A stretch of DNA of 64,000 nt, from the NCBI RefSeq assembly GCF_018977255.1, contig NW_024704745.1:68448001-68512000 (forward strand), read 5' to 3'. Below, piece by piece: positions 1 through 12,357 of the stretch. Each line of letters begins with the position of its first letter. The first letter of the stretch is position 1. A model generated the notes under the pieces. The model was given only the letters and a program-made list of their open reading frames with translations, searched no databases and was not told the DNA's origin. Source of the stretch: Callorhinchus milii (taxonomy: Eukaryota). Position numbers and translations under genes: made by a program.

Positions 1-1063
<1,063 letters not shown>

Positions 1064-1366
1064 AGGGGAGAGAGAGAAGGACAGGGGGGGGGGAGGGACA
1101 GAGGGGGGGACAGAGAGGGGGGGAGGAGGGAAGAGGGGGGCGAAAGGGACAGAGAGAGGGACGGGGGGGGGAGAGACAGAGAGAGGGGGAGAGAGACGGG
1201 GGGGGGGGGAGAGGGAGACAGAGAGGGGGGGAGAGACAGAGAGGGGGGAGAGGGACAGAGGGGGGGAGAGGAGAGGGACAGGGGGGGGGGGGAGAGGGAC
1301 AGAGAGAGGAGGAGAGAGACAGAGAGAGGGGGAGAGAGAGAGGGGGAGAGACAGAGAGAGAGAGAG
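1064..1366 (+). repeat. Polypurine low-complexity tract (GGGGGAGAGACAGAGA-like units)
   Basis: Almost only G/A on the + strand for ~300 bp. Confidence 0.9.
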
Positions 1367-1583
1367 TACCTCTGTCTGAAACTCAGCCCTCATCCCGCAC
1401 AGGTCGGGAAGGGGAGAGGTGATAAGCTTTCAAATGGCTTCTTTTCTGTTCCAATAATACCAAATTATTCTGAATAATTAATTATTACTGATGATGACGT
1501 GTTATTAATAATGAAGCATGATCAATAATTACAATTACGCGATACTTGTTAGTCACGACAGAGTATTATTAATAATTGCAAGC

Positions 1584-1658
1584 ATTATTATTATTATTAT
1601 TAATACTATTATTATTATTATTATTATTAATACTATTATTATTATTATTATTATTATT
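1584..1658. repeat. (ATT)n microsatellite with an internal TAATAC interruption repeated twice
   Basis: Seen directly. Confidence 0.9.
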
Positions 1659-4136
1659 GCAATGTAACTCATACAAGAAGTAAGAAAAAGTCTCCCCAGC
1701 ATTAGGCGAACCAAGCAGTTGACCGGGTTAAGACCAGTTGGGAAAGGTTAAATGTCTCTTTCTCTCCTCCCCGGACTTGTCTCATCCCCGATCAGTCCTT
1801 TTTTCAGTGGAGACAAGACTTTTGGAGAAAATCAAACTTTCCTAATCGGCAGTGTGTTTTTTTTTGAAACTTAATAAAATAAAAGTGGCAGCGACAGTGG
1901 GGTTTAAAGGGAGTCGATGATTGACCTGCCTTTGCACAGTGCAATTAATGGTCAGGTCAAAGCATGTTTGAACTAGACCTGGGCATATTATGACCTTCAC
2001 ACACACTCACACTCACACACACACACAGAGTTAGGTCACTGGAATCATGAGTTCACAGAGCAGATTAATAGTGTAACGAGGGAGATCTGTTGTGGTGCTT
2101 ACTTAGATTGTCTTTTTTTCCCAAGAACAAAACACAGTACAGCAATAACAGTACATATAATACGTACAGGAATGTCAGTATATGTAGCATATACAGCAAT
2201 CATAGTACACACAGTACAGTAGTCTCCAGGGTATTTCCTGACGTCCAGGGAACTGGTGCTGTCCGGGTGACTGGGCTTTGCTCCAGATCCCAACACCTCA
2301 GAGAGCTGTCAGACATGGCCATACCCAGGTTCACACAGACTCAGTTGGAAGTTATCTCCAAACTAAGAGCAGCCGCTTAGAGATACAACCGAGTCAACCT
2401 CCAAATCGTTTTTCTGACACCGTTTCTTGTAACTGGTGTATTGGCAAGAGGTGGAGAGGACATGGGGGGCAGTGGTTGGCATGGATTGTTGGGCAAAGCT
2501 GGATGGATGGTTGGGAAGCAGATGGCAATCTCTGTCTATCTCTGTGTCTTGCCTTTCATTCCACTGAAACGCGAACCATCCGCACTCAAGACGGTGTTTA
2601 CTGTACCGTCATCGAAATAGCAAACGATCCGGCAAAGAAGCTCACCAAAATACACCCTTTACCTGCATAGCGAGTGGTGGGCTCTGCACCTGTACAGATA
2701 CGTGTGCCATAGATATAGTGCCAACTGCTTCTGATCGTTACCTTGTCTGTTATATCACTGGGCTTTTTTTTTGTGTGGGGGAAAGATTCCAAACTAGATG
2801 TGGAATGCAATAGACCAAAAATGGGTTGCTCGTTGAACTAAATTTACCCAGAAAATATAGACCCATCAGCTTGATTGCTTCAGACTGTCCCTTGGAATAG
2901 AAATGGACAATGTGGATTGCAAAGAGCAATGTAACCATTCAACACTCCCTTATACAGACTGACTGGGGAAATGCAATCTCCATTGTAAAATGTGATCTAA
3001 CCGCCGACTTATGTTAATATGTGTTTGGAAGTTAATTAAGCAAAACGACCACAAGTATGTGCATGTCTGTAAATAAGATTACTGCCCTCTCTCTCTCTCC
3101 CCCCTCCCCCAAAAATAATACACACAAACACACACACAAGATCCAGACACAAATGCAATAAATAAACCAGACAAAATAAATAATCCACATTCCCACGACT
3201 TTCCAGATCAGAAGGAGGGGAGTGGGTGGGGGGGGGGGTGCATTTCTGGGAGCAGGACTCCTTTAACTCATTCTCGGAATTTGTGTGTGTGTGTGTGGGG
3301 GGCGGGGGGTGGGGGGACTTTAAAATATAATGTAGTTCAGAAAAGTCGAGAGAGTAAGCGAGAGAGTGACAAGTCAGTCTGTCTGTCTGCTGTGATTAGT
3401 GAGGCTCATGTTCAGTGAGGTACATCTGCTCTGATCGATCGACCAGTCACTGGATGTTACACTTGGGCTTTAACCACCAACATTTGGTTCATTCCCCACC
3501 ATTCCTGTAGGTATCTGTAGCAAAAACCAGTAACACGATTACACGTCGACCTCAACCCCGTCGGTGGTTCCCTTTTTATCTCACGTCCAAGTCCTACCTG
3601 TATTTCATAGTAATTTGGTGGCCACATACCTCCTTTATTTGATTCCTCGTTATTTGCTGTCTGCTCTACATTAATACAAATCCTTCAATTTAATCTGGAA
3701 CATGTCATTACTTTTTGTTGGCATGTTATAAAGGCTTCGGAATATTTTAGCTGAGAATAGAAATAAATGCAAGTTTGTTTTTAAATCGTATCCAGTGCCC
3801 ATTGGTGCCTGCAAGCATTTTTTTTCAACCATTATGGCCACAGTTTATGAGAGAAGGGGGTTAGGAGGAGGATCTATTAAATGTTTTAATGAGGTTATTA
3901 AACAATAAATTCTATTAGCAGCAGATTAGACGCAAAGATCAGGGCTCTGGAATCAATCAGTAACAGTTTGCCAGACATCAGACTGATTTGCCTGTTATTT
4001 CATATACTTCAGGGTGATATGAAAAGCCCCTTTACTTCTTGGTCTGTTCACCTCCAGAGATTAGATGTTCTGTTAGTCTTGTGACTGTCCATTGTTTCTC
4101 AAACTCCATAAAGTAACAGTTTATGTTTGGGATATA

Positions 4137-4310
4137 TAATAATGATAATGATCCTTGCATTTGATATAGCGCCTCATCATGTCATTGAGACATCTCAAAG
4201 CATTTCACAGAATGTACTGTAAAGTGAATTGATTGTATTTTGTGGGCGAAACACAGCAGTCAATTGGGCAAGGCAGTGTCCCACAAACAGTGGTGGATTG
4301 ATTGACCACA
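4137..4310 (-). mobile_element. SINE 3' fragment (Deu-like 3' part and L2-type tail)
   Basis: Reverse complement of ...GTGGGACACTGC...GCCCACAAAATA...AAATGCAAGGAT(TAT)n, shared with the full copies. Confidence 0.8.
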
Positions 4311-4372
4311 TATTTTTATATAGGCTGAGATTGATAATCTAAACACTGTTGATTTTGGAAGATGTTATAGGA

Positions 4373-4598
4373 TAGGGTGACCATATTTTGTAAAACAAAT
4401 TCAGAGACACATAAATAAAAAATATTGAACTCACCCAAATTGCTGATGAAGCTCCAGTGCTGGAGAAGCTTGTTGGATTAAGGGTTGTATTTCTCTGATG
4501 ACGGTATATGTTATAAAATGTTATTGTTCAGTCTGTTGCTGAACTCAAAACAGGGAAAATTTGGCCAGGGGACATAAGGATTCTCATAGGTTACCACT
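4373..4598. mobile_element. Possible decayed hAT (Blackjack-like) non-autonomous element
   Basis: Starts TAGGGTGACCATATTTT, resembling the Blackjack-type TIR; right end only a degenerate GGTTACCAC. Confidence 0.3.
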
Positions 4599-4624
4599 GT
4601 CCTGGAATGACATTAGACATTGCA

Positions 4625-5200
4625 ACATGATGGCAGAAGGTTGTAGGTTCAAGCTCCACATCGAGCCTTGAACCTCATATAATCTGGGCTGACACACCAA
4701 ATGCAGTGATGGGGGAGCGCTGCGTTATTGGAAGTGCTGCCCTTCGCACGAGATATTAAACCAAGGTCTTCTCTGCCTGTTCAGGTGGATGTTAAAGATC
4801 CCATGGCACTATTTGAAAAGAGAAGGTACTGTCCTGACCAGCAATTCCCCAAATATTGCTGTCGTGTTCACCCACAAAATACACCAGTCACACTACTTTA
4901 TAGTGTATCCTGTGAGACTTCTCCACAAAGTGATAAGGCTCTGCTTTTGGGTTGTTGCTGTGCACAAATTGGTTGCCACGTCCACCCACAAAATACACAG
5001 TAAGTACATTTTACAATATATCACGTGAAGCGTTTTGAGATCTCATGATGTAAAAGGCTCTGTATCACTTGCAAGGATTATTATTATCATTCATCTACAA
5101 ATACAGTCACTATGCTTTACAATCATTCCTGTGAAGTGCTTTGAGATGTTTCGATGACGTGATGAGGTACCACACCAAATGCCGTTATTATTATTATAGC
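4625..5200 (+). mobile_element. Deu-domain SINE (AmnSINE1/SacSINE1-like) with three stacked 3' tails
   Basis: GCTGACAC..TGCAGT..GGAAGTGCTGCCCTTC..GTTCAGGTGGATGTTAAAGATCCCATGGCACTATTTGAAAAGAG matches the Deu core. Confidence 0.75.
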
Positions 5201-5864
5201 AAGCCATACGTTTTAAAACAGAATGTTACAAAGCCATTTTCAAGCTAAGTGATTTGGAAAATAAAGTCCATTTGGATACTGATAAGACAATAAATATCAA
5301 CACACGTCCAACATCCTGTGTCAGATTGAATGGTCAGATGAAGGGTAAACAGTACTATATGGAGGAACTGCTGGAAATGTCACATAAACTGATAATAGAT
5401 TGGTCAGAGGGAATGGCAATAGATCGATCATCAGGAAATGAAATTTGACACAATTGGTCTGAATTCTTTTAGAATCTTTCAGAATCCGAACCTATTTATT
5501 GGATTGTATGACTGATCAACAACAACAAGTTGTATTTATATAGCTACCTTCATTCGGGATAGCTATTTGGAGTGCTTAACAGTGGCGGATATTGATGGTT
5601 GCACGCTAGTGTGCAACGCAACAGAGAATAAATGAAATGCATGTGGACAGTCTCAGTGTAGTTTGAAGTGGTTGCTGGTATGCAGCATAAAACTGCCCAT
5701 AACAGACGAAATATTATCCTTATACACCCTGGGGCATGGAGAGGAGGAGGCGGAAGAGGGATTGCGAAATCCCTATTTTTGATATGTGGAGTACAATTAT
5801 TGCAAGTGGTTTCAGTGATCACTGCTTCTCCTGGTATATAAGCTTTCATCCATTCTGCCCCTAC

Positions 5865-6060
5865 TCTCTGGAGTCCTTTAACCTCATCCCCTTCCCATTT
5901 TTAAAGCCTGCCTTAAAATGATCTCTTTAACCTCAGTTTTGGTCATCTTTCCCACTTTCCCCTGTTCTCCTCCCTCCAGCATGGGTGCCCAGTCAGCTGA
6001 GTGAAGCACTTTGAGACGTCCTCCTGGCATGAAAGGTGCAATATAAATGTAAATCACATT
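5865..6060 (+). mobile_element. Old L2 LINE 3' fragment
   Basis: CTCTGGAG...AAGCACTTTGAGACGTCCTCCTGGCATGAAAGGTGCAATATAAATGTAA tail. Confidence 0.6.
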
Positions 6061-6659
6061 ACTGTATAGTATATGTTGAGGTTGTTGAAACCAGAGAGCC
6101 AATATTTATCATTCCTCAATTTGGAAACTATTTTTCCCTCGCGTTTCTTAAGCGGTCACATGAAATTCTCACAATCTTACTGGGATCCATCTGTTTTTAG
6201 CTTCACAATCTCTAAATGAAACTGGATTATAAAGTTTCTGAGCCTCAGGCAAGAGGAATAGAATTCTTAGGTAATCAGAACTGGTGATCATAAAGATCTG
6301 CAATCCCACCATTTGCGTAGATAAAGGTTTGCTGAAGTTAAGATAACGGGCTCCAGCTTCTGAGGTTTGTAAACAGGAAATCCAGATATGTTGCAGTCAA
6401 CTCTTTGGAACTCTGCTCAGAAACTGACTTCACAGACAAACTGGGATTCAAACAAACAAGATCCCTCCAGTCCCAAGTCTGGTGCTGAACAAACCGAGGT
6501 ATTCTTGATGATAACCCCAAATTCAATCCAAGTCTGAAACATAGGCTCCAGACAAATATACATGTGCAATGTAGATTACTCCACACGATCGTAGAAATCA
6601 CAGCATAGAAGGAAGCAATTTGGCTCATCAAATCTCCTACATTAGATCTAAATACCGTA

Positions 6660-6900
6660 ATCCCATTTCTCTGCGCTTTCTCTTTACCCTCTTATATTCT
6701 TCTTCTTTAGATGTTATCCAATTCCTTTTTAAATTCAGTTATGGTTTCAGATTTAATAGCCACTTGTGATAAAGCATTTTTTGTTCCAGTAGTCTGTGTT
6801 TGTGCTTTCGTTACTGATTTACTAGCCACTGGGGATAATCTGTCACTATCTATCCTCTCAAAACCATTCAGAATTTTGAAATGTTCTATTCAATCCTCTT
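6660..6900 (-). mobile_element. Decayed CR1 LINE 3' fragment
   Basis: TTATCCAATTCCTTTTTAAA...CTATCTATCCTCTCAAAACCATTCAGAATTTTGAA, similar to the CR1 fragment at 25635-25990. Confidence 0.5.
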
Positions 6901-7284
6901 GTAACCAAGCAGGCCAGGGACTTATTTACAGAGTGGAACATTTACAGAGCGCCACATTAGATCTGAACTCGGATAGGGCAAATACATTTGTATTGACAAT
7001 GGTGTGCAGATAGCACAATCATAAGAAAGGTTTGGATGAAGTGGTCCTTCGGCTCATTTGTTCTCTCATTCGTCCTGGCCAAAAAAAACATCTAAAAAAA
7101 ATTTTGTTTGTTCTGTTGTTAAATTTATTCTTTCTCCCTGTGGTATATAGGGAACGCTCTTGAGATGCTGCCCCATGTGAAGGGCGCTGTATGAATGAAA
7201 GTTGTTGTTTAACAATCCTTGTATTTGATAACAATCCTTGTATTCGAGACGTCTCAAAACACTTCACGGAATACTGTAAAATGA

Positions 7285-7932
<648 letters not shown>

Positions 7933-9629
7933 CATGACGACTCTCTATTTTTGTAATATCTGCTGTGAGGAGGGGGGAGGGAGGGATCACAGTACAGGTC
8001 AGCTTTACGAAATGTGAGGAAAATTATGTCTCTTCTTAAGCAATGATTTTGTAAAAATTTATGTCAAGATTAGGTCGCGAAACAATCAAACAAATTCTTT
8101 ACTAGATACACGTGCAAACAAAACGGTGTTTGAAAGAATTGATTCGTGCTGCTCGATCGATGATCGCAGTAGTGCCATGGACCTGATTGTAGTGAGTATA
8201 CATTCAGAGCTGGCCTGCTGATGGTCTGGAAAATAATACAGCGGTCTCTGCTGTCAAACTGACGGTCAGTATCATTACACTGATCTTTAAGGGAGGTACA
8301 CGGTGCTTAGTGTTATAGCACTGATGGTCAGTATTGCCCATTGATTTTTTGGGGGGATACTTGATGCTCAATGCTGACACATGGTAGTCTTCAAGATACA
8401 TGTCGCCAATGCTGTAGCACTGATGGTCAGCTCCATCACACTGACAGTCTTGAAGATAGAGCCTTGTTACTGATCACATACCAGTGGTCAGTGTTCATCT
8501 TAATGACAATCATGGAAAATGCATGGCAGGCAGTCCTGGTCCATTGACTGTTACAAAGGTACGCAGCAGCCAATGCCTACAAGTTGAGGGGAAATAAAAT
8601 ATTTTTTTGGCTGATCAGGACCATTAAATGAATACTGTGTCCAGCCGAGTCATTTGTGTGTTTTATTGTATTTGACTCCTGCTTCCTCACTGAAAATAAT
8701 TCTGATTTATAAAACCATTCACTGGCTGGCGAGTCCTTTTCAATAATGTGTGGCCTCAATATTTCTCCCTCCCTAGTCACTCAGAGTTTGTTGATAATAA
8801 AGGAAAGTCCAGAGTAAAACATGGGTCTTTTTTGCAAGACACAAGTGCTTTACCAAATGTTAACTTACTCCTAAGGATCTTATTAGATCTTACACATTCA
8901 GGAAAACTCTGTTTGTGAATCTGGACTAAGGTATTCTTCAATGAAATGAAAAGAATCATGATGAGAGTAAGATATCCTGTAGGATTTGTTGGAATGTTGA
9001 TCTGTACAGCCTGTTATCACCTTCAATATTCAGGACCGCTAAAATAGGCTTTATGGATTCAGTCTCAGAAACATAACCTGCCCACAAATTCCAGAGAGTG
9101 AAATAATCTTTAATCAGATTATTCAATGGAATCCTTTACAGTGTTCCAGAAATTATCAACACCAACAACAACTTGTATTTATATAGTGTCCTTCATGCAG
9201 GGTAACATCCTGGAGCACTTGCCAAAGTTTAAGGGCTTCGCAGTCCTGTTATTTAAATTCTACAGTTTAACATTCTTCCCTTTTCTGAACAACGTGAAAT
9301 TTAATTTTGTTCAATTTCATCATCTCGATTTCATGTGTGGGACTGCAGCTGCTACCAGCTCTGGAAATGTAACCTACAAGAACTCTCAGCTCAATCCCTG
9401 GAATAAATATATTACTTTGTTAGATCTTTAACTTATTTGGCTCAAATAATTTAGCACGAAAGTTAGGGGAAATTTCATATGTGATGCCTTTTTTAATGGA
9501 AAGTGCAAGTCAAATTTCATTACATAAGTACTTGACTGCTGACTTTGTAAAGATATGAAAAATTTTAAGATTCAGGTTTAATTAGTTTATGATGAACCAA
9601 GCTTCAACCCTTTCAGTGATTTTACAACA

Positions 9630-9812
9630 CATCACAGAAGTCACTGGGAACACGCAGCATCTATGGAGAAAGGAAAGTGAGTCAACGTTTCAGGTCCACG
9701 AACCTTTGTCATAACTTTCCTTTCTCCATAGATGTTGCCTGACTTGCTGAGTGTTCCCAGCGCCTTCTGTTTTTGTTTCAGATTTCCAGCATCTGTAGTA
9801 GGTTGCGTTTTG
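9630..9812. mobile_element. Palindromic Penelope-type terminal-repeat fragment
   Basis: Arms 9654-9678 / 9714-9738 (GCAGCATCTATGGAGAAAGGAAAGT and its reverse complement, one mismatch); same family as 38849-39003. Confidence 0.65.
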
Positions 9813-10429
9813 TTACAAAACATCACGTTGGCCAGATTTGACATTGCACTGTAAAACCTGCTGTTGCAGTTGATCACTTATTTCAATGACCAGTGACAAA
9901 AATCACCAATGTATAAGGTGATGCCCTATATTTAGTGTTGTATATAAGCAGCTGCGGTATAACTCGTGTGCTGAATTATATGAAACATAAACTTATGTAT
10001 ACCTTGCATGACCCTTTAGAATCTTTGCAGTTAAACATGTATTCAATTTTTTATTGCTGAATGCCCCAGGGGGAATATCAAAATTGTTCGTTGCAGTCTC
10101 TAATGGAATCCAACTTGCAACAAATCCCGTAAGTACCCAATATGCAATTTAATTGTTTGCATTGAAAAAGTAAAAAACATGGCAACCAATGAACCTTTAA
10201 ACAAGAAAATCCAACGGCTTTTGTAAAAAAGCTGACAGCAAAGTAACTAATGTGATTATGTGAGCATCAGGCAGTTGAGCCTCCAGAAGAGACTTTATTT
10301 CCGTTCTGTGACACTTGTTTGAAAATAATTATTTGCTTATAATTATTTCCGAAGTTTGTGTTATGGCCACAGATAACTCTGGGACGAGCAACCTGTTCCA
10401 TACAGACTATCCCTGCCAGTATGACCAAA

Positions 10430-10870
10430 AAACAAGTTATGGTTCATTTAGTGTATTTGGTTAGTAGTTAATCTATGCAGAGTTGGAAAGGAACTAAGTT
10501 TGTTCCCTCGATTTGTGCTGAGTTAACTCATTTCAGTGAGGGCAGCAGTTGGGGAACAAGAGTTGACCTCAGCGCTTGAGGTTAAGAAGAAGGAAAATCA
10601 GCCAGGGTTCTTGCTCCTGATCGTTCAAACCGGCAGGCCCTTGAGACGCATATGTGTGGGTGTCCAGTGAGGACAATAACAATAATTTGCATTTACATAG
10701 AGCCCTTCTCACAGAGTAGCGTCTCAGAGGACAGAATTGATGTTGGCTGTGGCAATATGTATTGTCAAGACTTGCACATGAATAATGAGGTACCAACGAG
10801 CATCTTGTAAATGGAGCAACTCTAGCAAAGGAGTGAAATTCCTTCAGGAGAGCAGAGAAAAATTGTTGAG
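10430..10870 (+). mobile_element. Old SINE-like repeat (AmnSINE2-like from memory); relatives at ~15235-15480, ~38285-38480, ~50230-50640
   Basis: Shared motif TGTGCTGAGTTA.CT.AT.TCAG...CAATTGGCCTCAG.GCCC.TGG.TTAGGGAG..AAAATCAGCCAGGG across four loci. Confidence 0.55.
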
Positions 10871-11764
10871 TGATTAAAATAAGAAACTAGCTTTTTCATC
10901 ATTATGTTCCCCTGTCTTTCACCCAACATTCAGATATTTTCCAGTCAACACACAGGCATTTTTATTGTCCTTGTATGTGACTCTATTCCACTGACCATTC
11001 AGGAGGGTCCTGATTTCTCTTTGTCCTACACATGTAATGGACGACATTCACTCTTCTAAACCCAAATGGAAAATATGGCTGTTAATTCAGGTTGGAGAAT
11101 ACTTTAATTTTGTGCTGGTATTCTCCATGGTCTCACCAAGCAATGCGTCTCCTGGAACCTGGATCGTAACTCTTTCTCCCGGTTCTCCGTCAATGCTGCA
11201 TTGATCCAGCTGTAAAGAGATGCACGAGTGTTTCGGGAGACATAACCTGCATTATCTGATGTCAGAATGCAGCTTGCTCAAACTCTTATTATACTGCACC
11301 TCTGAGGTGTCAGCAGGTGGACAACCTTAACACAATAAAGAAACGTGCTTGGTGACGTTGGCAATCTTTTTTCTCTCTAGACCAAAAGAAATCATCCTGA
11401 CTCTGGACTGAGATCCTGTTCACAAAGCTGGTGAGATGACAATACCTATTCGTGTGAAGTATGAAATCTCTTCAGCCACAGTACTCCCCACACCCCCATC
11501 CCAGAAACATGCATTTCATCCATGTGTCCCTCTCTCAGTTGAAACTCTTTGTTACAGCTTCTTTTGTAATATAGAAATATAAATTTTTAGTGTGTCGGGA
11601 CCTTGCAAGCAAACGCGAGACTGAATTGTTCAGAGTACTTTGCTGTGTCCAAGGCTGCTGCTGTACACATTCTGTATTATGTTAAGTATATCGCAAAACA
11701 CAGTTGTAATATCCTCAAAGAGCATTTACCTTTAAGAAGTGTTTTTCAATACAATTTTAAATGG

Positions 11765-11770
11765 ATTAAA
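11765..11770 (+). terminator. Candidate poly(A) signal (ATTAAA) for the SHISA transcript
   Basis: Ends a unique AU-rich block (11560-11790) and is followed by GU-rich GGTCTGTGTGGTTGTT. Other AATAAA hexamers occur upstream, so this is uncertain. Confidence 0.35.
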
Positions 11771-11889
11771 ACTATGTTTAGCTGTCCATTTCTGAAAAGA
11801 CAGTAGGTTCGAGGGTTAAGAAAATGAATTACGGTCTGTGTGGTTGTTAAAAAAAGAGAATAATGAGATATTTGTAATGGAGATAGAGA

Positions 11890-12357
11890 TGGAATAAATA
11901 ATGCGCCTTGCATTTAACATTGCGCCATATCATGTTGAAATGTTTCAAAGTGCTGTGCAAAGTTTTCTATGAAGTGAAGTGACTGAATATGTAGTGATAT
12001 ACAGCAGCCAATTTGAACACAGGCAATAAGTTTATAATCAAATTCAAAGGGATTGTGGCCAGGACATCCAGTGTCGGGAAGATGTCTCAAAGCACTTCAC
12101 AGGAATGATCAATGATTGATCAATTTTACCTGAAGGATTGTTGGTCAGACAGCAGACAAAACTCCCTGCTCTTTCCAAATAATGCCACAGGATCTTTAAC
12201 GACCACCTGAACAAGAATCAAGACCTCATTTTAACATCTCACCCGAAAGACTACATTGGAGTGTCGACCTAGATTATGCGAGTTCCATGACACAACGTGG
12301 GGCTTGAACTCCCAAGCTTCTAACTTGGGGATGAGCGTGCTTCCCACTGAGCCAGAG
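11890..12357 (-). mobile_element. Deu-domain SINE
   Basis: Reverse-complement Deu core (GCCACAGGATCTTTAACGACCACCTGAACA) with tRNA-like head and L2-type tail. Confidence 0.7.
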
